A stretch of 64,000 nucleotides of DNA from NCBI GenBank assembly GCA_905178155.1, contig CAJINV010000009.1, positions 1,791,817 to 1,855,816 on the forward strand, read 5' to 3'. A program made the position numbers and the translations under genes. The notes below the pieces were generated by a model that did not search any database, was not told the origin of the DNA, and saw only the letters and a list, made by a program, of their open reading frames with translations. Position 1 is the stretch's first letter. The number at the start of each line of letters is the position of its first letter. Shown piece after piece: positions 25,299 to 37,121 of the stretch. The stretch comes from Amoebophrya sp. A120. Lineage: Eukaryota; Protista; Dinoflagellata.

Positions 25299-28200
25299 TT
25301 ATATCGTTTCAATTAACATTTGATCATGAAGTTCAAGTTCTTGTACAAAAGCATTTCTAGTAGTACCTGGATGTTGTTGCGAGCCCGTGGAAGGCTGGTT
25401 TCCGGACAAGTCGATAGAGCTGAGGCTCCCAGCGCTCGGAGGAGGAACCCCCGTGCTAGCCGACGAAGCTGCTCCTTGCAAAAATTCTGATTCCGCTCCC
25501 ACTTGCACCTGGGATGCCGGCTGACAGACGAGGAGCCATTGGAGTTTTGTAACAGCATCAGACACGGTTTGTAATTTTAACCGCAGTTCTTGCGTATCCC
25601 TAGTGTCGTCGTGGTGCGCGTCGGGAACTATGTTCGGTTTCAGAAACAAGTTGCGGCAGTGTTCCATTTTCTCCGCTGGCGTGACTTCTCGCAGGCATGT
25701 ATGATAGCAAAACCAAGTCGAATTGTAGGTTAAAGGCGTTTTCGTTGATGCAAGTCCTTCTACTGTGAGTACTGATACTGTCGCAGCTGCAGGGGTGGTC
25801 CTCAGACGGAGGAGACGAGCTTGCTCTTCCAAATAGATCGTCAACATCGACGGTAATAAATCAAACTGCACATCACGCCCCCACGCTGCACCTATAATCT
25901 TTAAGCCCTGAAGCTGCACAGTGCACACTGCATCACTACAGCTTATCATATATGTAACATAAACCTATACGCAGCGTGTAGCTGCTGAAGCAGACTACAC
26001 ATTTGACTATAGCGACTCAGTCTTTTCTCACGATACAGGAATGCCCCGGAAGGATTCGGATTTGGCTGCCACCACAGTCGCACATGCTCCGCAGCGTTTT
26101 CGCTCACTGGTAGGAGCCCAGTCGTCAGGAACTCCGCCTCCTGCTCCTGTGCCAACTGCCACTTGTGGCGCTGGGTCAAAACCAAATTCTGCAGATCGGA
26201 GGTGCCGATCAGCATTTTTTGCCAGTCGGTATTATCCCCAATTTGCCCTTTCAATTTCATGGGAAAAAGCATGGTGGCAGCGCCCGGAGCACCAGCTGGG
26301 TCGTCTTTAAAACGATAGACCGGGACCATTGCCTTCGCGATCTCGCGCCCGACCGCTTGCACATGCGCCCAAGGACGCCCCAAAGAAGTCTGAGGAGAAC
26401 AAAAAGCAGGCTGAGGAGGCACACGCATGCACCACTCCGGTGGTGGAGCAATGTTCTTAGGTTTCAGCACAAGCATGGGCAGGAAACCCACGATCCGTTG
26501 TGGGTCGTGAACGTGTTGCTGAGACCGACCGTGATGATCAAACTTGTTTTCCCAACTACTTGACGGTGGCAAGTCCGTAGCTTCCACCGCGTGCGCGTCC
26601 GCTACGCGGCCGGGGGAATAAAAGTACGGAGTTTCATTGGCGGATCGGGATCCTTGTTGATGCAATAAATTGAAAGCGCTTACTGTTGCTTGTTCCAGCG
26701 GGGCCTGTGAATTCGACGCGGATTGGCCAAGCCCGCACGAGGATCCGTCCTGCTGGTGATCGTCCCACTGCTCGGAGTTTTGTCCTCGCTCCTGCATTTC
26801 TCGTCGCAAATGAGTTATCCTCTCTTCGATTCGCAGCTGTTGCTCGACCATCCATTGCCGCTTTTCCTGATTCATTTGATCCAGAAACAGCTGCGGGAGT
26901 TGACTGCGGTGGTCCGAAAGCTCCTCCCACAGGCAGGCGCACCGCGCGACTGCCTGCAAATCGTTCTCAAAATGGTTGAGGCACAGTTCGATCTGCTGCC
27001 TCTCTTCGGCACTTTCGGTTGTTGCGGCCCGCATCTGAAGCTGCTCCATGATGTGCAAAAAGTGGCCCACAACTGAACTGCCGACCTCGCGCTTGTGGTT
27101 TTCCGTCTCTGGGTGCGCAAACCGGCAGTGCAAGTTTTGCACGGCCACCGGCTTGTCCCGAAGCAGGTTGTACTTTTCCTCCTCCCACATGAGCCCGTGC
27201 GAGTACACGTACTCCTCGTCTTGGTCTTGCTCAACATCACCGGGAGCACCCTTCCTCCGCCTCCGATCGCTGCAATACCGATTGCAAGAATATGGGCTGC
27301 TGTTGCAGATTTCCGTCTTCCACTGATTGTGCTCGTTCGCCTCAGCCAGCGAGTGCGCAAATGCACAACTACTTCTACGCCCTGCTCGCGGCCTGCTGCG
27401 GTCGCAATGACCTTCGCCAGCAAACCTGTTTATTCACATTTAATTTCATTGCGAAGAGATGTCGTAGTGGTCGATGGCGCACTTACTTCCACAAGGGTAA
27501 AGTGAACAGTGCGAGAGTAGAAGGCAGTTGTTGGGGATAGTCTACAACAAGTCTTGTCGCGAGCTCTTAGTCTTGTCGCACGACACGCGCAACTGTGCTG
27601 ATGGATATACTCAAATAAAATCAAGTGAAACGCAACGCCAAGGGCAATAAATGATAACGACGGGCGTGTCTTTTGCTTCTTGCGTGGGTTTGGTCACGGT
27701 GAAATAGAGCAAAATCTTCGTCCATTGTTGAAGAATATGAATAATTATGAATTCGTGGACTTACCAACAGAATCGGGTTTTTTCGACCAAAAACCTGTTG
27801 CAATATTTTTGTTCTCGTCGCCGCCAGACGTGGGGCTCAGGCGGGGAACCGGGAGCGGGCTCCTCGTGACGCCGCTGCTCGCGGACACGAGCGGCACGGC
27901 CTGCATCGGTGGCCGACGAAGAAGATGCGCCGGATGCCCAAGTTGCAACACGGTCTACTACGGCCCCTTCTTCTCCCTGATTATTTTGAGCGGTCATGGT
28001 GGTGGTGTGAACAGGACCTTCAGGTCTGCTTTGTTCTTGGCGTTCACGACGTGGTTGACCATGCCGGTAACCACGCCGGCCACTGGCCACCAGAGACTGG
28101 GAGGCCTGCTGCTGCTGCTGCTGTTGCAGCTGATCATCTCCATGTTCATCAGTCCAAGGCCCCAAAAGTCTGCGGCTTTCCCTCGTCGTGGTCGGGTACA

Positions 28201-28336
28201 ACTCCGTGCCTCGCAACACGGCCGCGCGGGACAGCAAAATACACCGGTCGTGGCGGAGATCAAACAGAACCAGCACGGCAAGCGCCGCCTTCTGGTAAAC
28301 GCGAGAAATGCTCTTACTTTGTCTTAGGGAATCCAT
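25299..28336 (-). CDS. CCCH zinc-finger protein; exons 28336-27765, 27425-25970, 25892-~25300
   Basis: Canonical intron 27426-27764 (GTAAGT...AACAG) joins KTRFCW to FAGEGHCDR...SSCAFAHSLAE, forming a CCCH finger. A second KTEIC half-finger follows. The frame is continuous with ORF 25946-27208. Confidence 0.7.
25893..25969 (-). mobile_element. Weak candidate TAT...ATA intron (77 bp)
   Basis: Termini TATAGGTTT...AAAGATTATA with flanks GCTGCG/GGTGCA. Removal fuses ORFs 25946-27208 and 25299-25949 in frame, whereas the GT-AG reading at the TATAGGT repeat leads to a stop within 6 codons. Confidence 0.4.
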
Positions 28337-31300
28337 CTTTTACATGCAGGGTTTTTCTTATAGTGTTTTTTGAGTAAGTGTAAGCAGGTAGTACGTCGAT
28401 ATAATGAAAAATAAGTGCGTCAACATGTCTCGTCTTCACGTACAATTACCAATAGCTTCATCGATCGCTTTAGCGTGAGGTGGATATACTAATTAACCTC
28501 GTTAGTAGTTTTTAGATCTGCGACGTCAATCTGTCGTGATTGATGCAATAGCAATCTTGTGGTCTGCTCCAGTTTATAGCTTCTACGTGTCAGCGGATCG
28601 ATGCAGACGCGATTTTCGGAGGCAGACACGAGAGGAAAAAGGACACGCTCAATTATTGCGTGGCGGGTCGAAATCTAAAACGTAAAACAAAAGGAAAAGA
28701 TTCTTTGTCTTTTCTCAATGTCGTCGCTATCATGGAAGAAATGTAAAAGGTTCTTGAGCAAGGCCTTCCAGCGAACCTTTCAAGAGCTTAAGGTATGACA
28801 AGAAAAACGACTTTTGCCGTGCGAACCATGTGAATCATAACTGAAACTGTACCTCTACTTGAAAGTACTCGATCAGAATGAACCATTTCAACTGGTGCCT
28901 GTTTAAAGTAGAGAAAGCTAAAGCTTTGAAGACGTTGCCAAAGATTTGCATTTGTGGGCCTACTCCTGGGAGGACAGAGACGTAAGACCACGGGTTTGCC
29001 AGGATGATCTTCTTGTCACGTAGAAGACTTGTGGCTGAGGCTGAGCTTTGATATTGATTTTCCATACGATAAAATGTGCAATAACACCAAATCAGGTCGC
29101 CGGGGTGGTGGTCAGCATGCGACTACACTGGTGCCGCCCGGGGATCTTTTTTTTCTTTTGCATCAAATACTCGCATATGTTGTCATCCTAGGCCCCAACA
29201 TCTTACGAACCAAAGGAGATAACTACGCCTGCGCATGCTGTTGTAGCAATGCAGGCAGGGCACACTCGGATCTTGAAAAAGCATCTAGATCTAGTTGTAC
29301 TTCACTAAAGAAGTTTTTCATCAATTCAACGGTAGAACATTCGGCGGAAGAAACCACGGCCACGGGCCACGGGCGCTTTGAATTTGAAAATATCTTTCTT
29401 CATCTTCATACTTCGTTTTGCACTAAAACTAGAGCTCCGAAAAAGTAGGGGTCAGGACAAGCCCTTTTTCCGTCCGTTCAGATCAGTGAGTTGCTTCCGA
29501 AAAAGATTCGATCTATGTGAGAGTCCAGAATCCACCATTATCAAGCGTGAACTAGCAACCTGCTATTTTCCATCTGGGACACTTCTGAATTGATTTAGAT
29601 CTAGTAATTCTATCTTCATCATACACGGTAAAATTATGCAGCTTTGGTCCTCCGACTCCGACTCCGAGCGTTGATGCAAACAAGAAATGGTGCTTGTTGC
29701 GGCCAAAATACTTACAGGTCAGTATGCTTATGCGTTGCAGCATTGTATAGGTTGTACGCGATTGGGATCATTATCGAAACCGTTTCTGGACGGGCGTCGC
29801 ATAGTCTGCAAACCTGCTCTCCTGATGCGGTGGAATGAAGCAATCTACCCAACGACTAGCACCAGCAACAGTTTCCAAAATTACATCTCAGCAGCGTACT
29901 TCTTGTGCCCCCCCTGTTAGAGTTGTTTGTTCCTATTGCTATTGGGGGGTAGAGTTGTTTCTTTATGAATTTTCAAAATTCAAACTAACATCAGTTTGAT
30001 TTTGTCATTTCTAGGCAACAGATCAGCATCAGCCGCTGCTACTATCTAACTTTCTGAGCGGATAAGGGCTATTTATTCATCCTATTCGGTCGCTTCCTAT
30101 GAAAAAGCTGCTATGAGCGAGATCTTCTTTCCGCTGTCTGCAATACAAGTACGATTAGAACTGATCAGCATACAATCATATTCATATATGGGTAGTACAA
30201 GAAGGTGAAAAATACTAACTTTAAGATAGTCGTTTTTTGTGTTCTAGGCCGAAGCACGCCTCCGGTTTTTCAGCTCCTTCTCAACGTGAAAGATTTTCAT
30301 CAAAATATATACAAAATCAAACTATACACGAGGACTTCTAAAACTGTATTTCATCTTGTTGTTCTTCTATACTATAATCGATGTTGCTGGTGTTCTTGTC
30401 TCAGAATCGACCGTGCTGGGTGTTTATCCGTGGTACGTACCTTCAGAAGTACTGAACGAACAAGCGCGTTGTTGTTGTAGCTTCTTTACGCAACTACAAT
30501 CCCAGCGCCATCAGAGCGCCCTCATGTAGAGCTGATATCTACCTGTTGTATCTGCATTTTCGCGCAGTCTTGCTTTTCTATTTCTTCTTCACAGGTTAAA
30601 AGCGAGCGAGATGAGGTCGATTTCATCTTCTCACTCAGCACGGTCAAGATTGCCAGCGCAGAAGCGCAGCAAGCTGCGTGAAGTTTCTTTGCTCCCTTCG
30701 TCATTTCGTGAAGGGCACATCTTCTGCCACTGCACTCATAACGACTTGCGCTTATTAAGTTGTTCTAATGCTAATCACACCCTGTTTGCTCTAATATCAC
30801 ATCTATCTTCACACGTGTAAAACATCGACAAATCGAAATCTAGTACAGCTACAGGTACAGCCTACTGATGCTCCGACGCATGGTTATGAAGTAGTAAAAC
30901 CAGCCCACTCTCTTGCGTCTTCTTTACCGGAGCGCCTCGCTGTTTCTACTACAACTTCCAAGGTCTGTGTGGATGCCTGTGCAGAAAACTTCTAATACGC
31001 TGAAGGTAAATATCAATCTTGTCTGTCATATTAGAGTGTTAGTAGCACTGACGGCCGCCTGCCACTGAGATCAGATTCATATGGTGCCTCAATGCCTGAG
31101 GTCAAGGTCTTTGCTTGAGAAATCGATCTAGTACTACGAGGATGTAGGAATTCGTTCAATACCCTAAAAATTCTTGCGCGATTGTGTTTGCGTTTCGTTT
31201 TATTTCTTATCGCCAACAACTACAGCATAAATGCACTTTTTTTGAGTCTGTCCGCCGGAATGAGACCCTTGCGGGCGTAAACGTCTACATCATCATCACC

Positions 31301-32079
31301 CTCATCGACAAAACGCGTGGCATTTATATTTTCCGTTGGAGTTAAGATTTAGCGTTACCAACACCATCGCGATCATCGCCTCCCAAGTGCACTGCAGTTG
31401 AAGTGCAATAAAAGATGAATGACCGGATATTGATGAAAAAGATTACGAATAGTAAGCTTCGGATTCATCTTGACCTCGGGCGCTTCAGGTTTCACAAAGG
31501 AAAGGGCCCCATGTTGAAGCGAATCCTAACCAAGTTTTTGTAGCTTGTAAAATATTGCTTTTTTTTATCTATACGACCTTACACTGAATCTTAAATACAA
31601 ATACTGCCCAGGTTATTCCTTCAACATCTTTACAACCCTTCCCCCTTCCTGTCATTCTCGCAGTTATATATAAACTTGTTTAGTTGATGTAGATGTAGCG
31701 CTTCACAATGCTAGTGGTCTTTACTTTTAATTTGAAATCACGTCGAGCAACTACAGCTCGAAAGCGAAAGCATCAACATGCGCGATTAAGTTTAAGTTAG
31801 TATGAGTAAATTGCTAAAAGAATGCCAGCGTCATTCGGACAACTTTATCGAGCTGGCGTGCCTTTGCGCGTTAGTTGCTCTTGATGTGATGCTTGCCGCG
31901 TTCGGTAAGACTAAGAAATGATTGACGCGCCAGGAGCTCTTCAGTACTGCTTGAGATGAGCTTTAGCAGTATAAGTAGTAGATAATGATAAGTATTGATA
32001 TGCGAACGGCTTCAAAAGAACTGATGCGCAGGTGACACCGCTTCTCTGTTGGGCTTACATATTGATAAATTGATAATGA

Positions 32080-32430
32080 TATTCCATCAAATCCGCTTTG
32101 GCATGTGGAAAAAGATTCAAGAAGTTGCAGGCTGGCACCAAAAATCGCCGATGCAGCTCTCTTCAACCCGATGACGCCGAGGGAAAAGAAGATGCGCCCG
32201 AATACTGCTCCCAATGTGCCGGGGACGGTGTGCGCGAAGGCGTCGTCGAGGGTGCGCGCAACGCCGGAGAGCTACGAACCGAGCTGCGCCCTCGTTCAGA
32301 TGAGTCGACTGGTGACCCCCGATCGTCTTGTCCACCATGATGTCCCCAGAAGCAGTAAGGCGGAATCACGACCCCATTGGGCGAGCACGATGCTCCATAT
32401 GGAAGCGCCGTATGGGCGTCGCCCATGATC
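32080..32430 (-). pseudogene. Possible decayed membrane-transporter fragment (NRAMP-like helices)
   Basis: One frame reads SIWSIVLAQWGRDSALLLLG...*...*LSGVARTLDDAFAHTVPGTLGAVFGRIFFSLGVIGLKRAASAIFGASL, with two stops. The resemblance is by eye only. Confidence 0.2.
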
Positions 32431-33051
32431 ATCGTCGCCGGGTTTATGGCACCTGTTCGTCCACATGAGTTCATGTTGAGTAATACACAAGCGAAAGCGC
32501 GCATGAACGTAAAATGGATACATATTCATATTGGCGATAGCTGCTTTTTACAATAGTCTAACTACGGTATTTACAATTGGATTACCTTCATTCGCAACTC
32601 CATCGCTCAAATGAAAGTCATCTGCAGCTCACGTATTTAGCCCGTAAGACCACGACGTGACGAACGAGCGATGGAAAAGCTCGGGCTAGATTTACGAGGG
32701 AGTCCAACTGTACGCCTTGAAAAAAAAAAAAGAACCTCCGTAAAGCGTCAAAACAAAGTAAGCACCTTCTCCTCGTTGCGGCTGCGGGTAGCAGTATGCA
32801 GCGGATAGCTGCAGTTCTTCGTCCTCCGGTAAACTGTAGTGGTACGTGGAATTGAAGGACATTGGCGAAGACGCACTCGGCCCAGAAAAACCATATCCAG
32901 GGACGACGTGGCGCTCTGCGGCTACGGGAGTGGCTGTTGTGGCACCAGTATGGGGCGATGGCCAGATGAAACCATGCTGACCTGCATTGTGGAACACCGC
33001 CGGAGTACTACTACTTGAAGAAGATGCTGGCGCGTTGGCCAGCTGCTGCAG

Positions 33052-34541
33052 CTATACCGGCTCTGGTGGGCACGAAAAGGGACTCTCCTGCAGCTGCTGC
33101 TGTAGCGGTTGTGGTGCGGGACAAGGCAGAGCAGGTGGCAGAGCAGCAATTACAGCGGCCTTGCCGGTCTCCAAGGGTCCAACGATAGCGGGAGGCAGCA
33201 AGTTGCACACTGCGGTCCGCTATCCTGTGCAAAAGTATCGCGCTCGTCCTACTTCTTGCAGTCGACGTCGTCCTGCATGACAAGTCTCTGTTCAAAGACA
33301 AAGGTACGTAAATCAATAACATTGAAAATTCTGCTTTTAAACTTGAAGATTTTGTGATGCAATTGCGACTAGTGCGATGACTCTACAATGGATTTGGATA
33401 TCCGCATCTGGTCCCTACTGATGTGACCAGTCTCTCCCTCGGGCGTTGCGGGCAGGCACACCGGGACCCAGACGGGCGGAAACACCGGTAGGGGTTTCAG
33501 CCACAGTTCCTCGCAAAAAAGGCCTCGCTCTTTGGGACCTACGGCTTGCAGCGTTGCTGTCATACCGTGGCCGCCATGCTGCTGCGGCAAACCCCACCAG
33601 AAAGGCACGCGGCCACTGTTGTTCCGGTCGATCCTCACGCCGTTGTAGGATACGAAGGTCGCACTATCGTATGGCGTCTGGAGCACGGCGTCCAGATCGT
33701 CCTGTATGGCGAACGCGATCGGCCGATTCGCAGAGCCCTGTACTCCAACTGTGATGTGACGAAAACTGTACTGATTCGAGACGGGATCGCGCTGCAGCTG
33801 CACGATCGGTACAAAGCTTCTCGTCTGCCCCTCGTGCGCCATGGCAGTCTGGTACCAAGAATTAAATAGTGCTCCTGGCGTAAAGACGTTGGTCATTGGA
33901 ACAGGCACAGGCACGAACGCTGGTTGATTGTGCTCCAGCAGTTCTTTTTCTTGCGGGGACGACGGAGACCCTCCTGCCGCGATGGCGGCCGCAAGAGCTA
34001 GAGGGCGAGGACCTCCAGCCGTCTCTGCAGGCATCGTTTGTTTATTTCTAGTTTCCAGTTGTTCGGCGACCGGTGCAGCAAAGGAACGGTCTCCGGAACT
34101 GGCACTGGCTTCACCGAACATCGACGAAGGACCTGCGGCCATCACGTTCCTCGGTGTCGCAGATTTTTCAGCCTCACTGTCACTGTCGACCAGGCTGTGC
34201 CAGCAGCGTGTTTCTTCTTTAACTGTCGTTTTTTGTAAATCTTGAACTTTAAACTCTAACGCTGTGCCATCGGACTCGTAGCCCTCGTCTCCGCTTTCCT
34301 CGTCCTGTTCTTTCTTCAGCGCCATGGCGATCTGTTGATAGAAGTCTCTGCTGGACGAAGCTCTGTACTTGCTCGGCATGTGTGACCAGTTCGCACCGTC
34401 CCATACGTTCGTCATCGCCAGAAAATTCCGCAGGCCAACTTCATTCATAATCATAACTTCCTCGTCTTGTAGTCGTGCGGCCCCACTGGCCGCACCCGCA
34501 GAAAAATTGTCCCCGGACCTGGAAGTCGGCTTCAGCTCCAA
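33052..34541 (-). CDS. Hypothetical protein, two exons joined across the 33221 introner; the frame resumes after TAG 33052-33054 to about 32692
   Basis: 390-aa ORF plus in-frame join RDQMR|TAVCNLLPP...PPEPV*. Confidence 0.7.
33221..33400 (-). mobile_element. TAT-family introner, 180 bp, perfect TSD GCGGA
   Basis: TCCGC at 33216-33220 and 33401-33405. Termini TATCC...GGATA with internal TTGTCATGCA. The terminal 21 nt are shared with the element at 13477. Confidence 0.88.
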
Positions 34542-35504
34542 GTTGTTGTCTATGTAACACTATGCATGTGCAATCTTGTGTTCTATTTGTCAGGAGGCGG
34601 ATGATAGGAACAAAATGAGAAGTCAGCTGTGGCTGTAGGAGCACACCAGGAGCAGGTGGTGGGGGCCAAGAATTACACGAACGATCATGGCCCGACCACC
34701 CGGATAAATGTAGGCCACTGTGTTGTAGTTGTTGATGGGTCGTGCGTGGTCATCTGCGTGCTGTTGCAAGCATTAATCTGCCGCCTCGTCCGCCACTACA
34801 AGCAATAACACTTTGAGATGCCAATGTTGACCTTGACGCTGAGTCGTCCGCGAGCTGGGCTCGAAGCCAGGGAGTGCTGGCGGCGCTCCTAATTGCACAG
34901 ACATAATCATAATCTGGCTTGAGTACTACATCTTCATCACAGAGTAGCAGAAAATCTTCATGCCAGTGAATAAAATGAGCCTCCTCCTCCTGACAAGACC
35001 AAGAACAAATCTGCCACCGATAAATGAAGCAAGAAGTCTTTGTATTCTTTGGTAATCGTTCCATCGTTCTTGATGTTCTTTCGCGTTTCCTTAAGAATGC
35101 TCCGATAATGCGCCAACATCGAGGTGCCGGGGACGCGGACAGAGCCTTCCAAATTTGGGTGCGCCCAAACGCAAAACAAATGGTTGAGGTATGGGGGCAA
35201 GTCATGCGGAGCCCGGTTCGCTTTACACTGGTTCTGGTTGCAGCTATCAGCATTGGAACTTTAACACGCGTTCGTCTTCCAGGTGTTGTTTTTGTCCAAC
35301 TCGCTGATCTTATGCGCAAACACACACGCGTCGCCATCCGATCCATGCCTACACGGCTGACCGCTTCCGAAATGGTACCTGTTGAAAGAATACTTGTGAC
35401 TGTGAGGAGGAGATAGTCACAATCTCATAAGACAGACACTTCGAAGATGAATGTCGATGCTTTCCTTCATCGTGCATAAAATTGCAAGATGAAGATGTAA
35501 CAAA

Positions 35505-35975
35505 CTATCGCGCAGAGGAGCCGTTGATGTGGAATGGAAAATGAACAAATTGTGGGCAGCAAGGAGGAAGAGCAACACACACTGCATATAGACAAATGCA
35601 ATACCGGCAAAGTTTCGCGTTTCGAAATTTGTCCTTAGCGCTGCAGTCAGGATTTTCTGACAACAAATGTTGCTGTTCTCGTGTTGCTTCCCGCTGGTCT
35701 TCACGCCACCGACTACTGCTAGCGGTATGCGGAACGACACGATCTGCATCATATCCGCGGTTTGCTCTCCGCAGTAGGCGGTTGTGGTTCTCCCCACGCG
35801 CTCCTCTCGTTTGACGGCCGCTTTCAAGAGCACGGCGATCGACGATCCCTCTCCCTCTCACCAAAGGCTGTGGACGAAATGTGTTCTCGGACATCTGCAA
35901 CCCCTCCACAGGATGAATTCCCACACTGATGAGGGTGAACAGACACTGCATCATCTTCAGGACCTTCATCTTCAT
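35505..35975 (-). CDS. Possible first exon of a secreted protein
   Basis: MKMKVLKMMQCLFTLISVGIHPVEG resembles a signal peptide; the downstream exon structure (34750-35400) is unresolved. Confidence 0.3.
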   Translation of the reverse strand: MKMKVLKMMQCLFTLISVGIHPVEGLQMSENTFRPQPLVRGRGIVDRRALESGRQTRGARGENHNRLLRRANRGYDADRVVPHTASSSRWREDQREATREQQHLLSENPDCSAKDKFRNAKLCRYCICLYAVCVALPPCCPQFVHFPFHINGSSAR

Positions 35976-37121
35976 CGATGGTCCTGTAACTGTATATTCT
36001 TCTAGTTCTAATCTAATTCTTGTGTGCTTCTGCTTCCTCTGTCTCACGGGCACAGATCGAAATAATTATATTTTACAAAGTAGAATCTATATACGATGCA
36101 ATTATACGTTGCGACTTCGCCAATACCGCGAAGGTAAATTTTAATTTTTTACAAATGTGCTTGATCTTATTCTTGTTATGATAAGTACTGCGTTCGCGTC
36201 GTAGTGCTTGTCGTTGAAGAGTTGAAGTTATCGAAGACTTCGCTTTCACCTTAGACTTAATTTCGGGAAGACGAAAGTGTAAGTGATGCCTGTCATGAAT
36301 AATTCAATAATGTGCGGGAGGTTACGCTTACGTTCCTCCCTCTTCGTACTACGAAGAAAGACGAGGACCTTCTTGGAGAAACAGAGAAAGTTTAGTCTTC
36401 GTGGTCTTTATGGAGTGGATCAAATACTCATACCATGCAAATAAGATGCCGATCCTGAATATCATCCCCATCGAAAAGATCATCCAATTCTTTGGCTGTG
36501 GATCATGTCCATGCACATTCTTGCAGCGAACCTTTTGCAAGATAGACCTTGTTCTTCTGGGTCTGGTTCACGATCCTGCATGTGAAGATCTTGCATAGTG
36601 TAAGTTTTACCATCTTCGAGGTGAACGGCAAGACCAGCACCCCCAGTAGATCCTTTGCTAGTAAAAGTGATGACCTTCGAGGACAGATCCATATAGCTTG
36701 CTAGATCAAAGGTTTTCTCATTTTTGACGTGATAGCTAACTTACTTTTTATAATATATTGGACTGTGCTTAATGTCGGAGCACGATGGGTGAGCTATCGT
36801 TTGTATTTGTTTCAGCATTGCTATATCGAATCCTCGTCGTGGTCGGTTAACGCTCGCTGCGTCGCGTTGGCACTTGCCATGACACCGGAAATCGCAGGAC
36901 ATGAAATTCATGTGCATGAACAGCGCATGATCTTTGTCTTTGTGCAACACGACTCGCGCCGCTGTGTTTGAAGCTGCACCACCACCAGTTTCTGCCGGCG
37001 GGGGCGGCGTAGTCGTATTCGTAAACATTAACTACATACAACATACTTAATCTACCACTGACATTTATCATTGCCTTTTCGACGACAGCAGCCCGATTGA
37101 CGATTGTCCCTCTTCTTGTTG

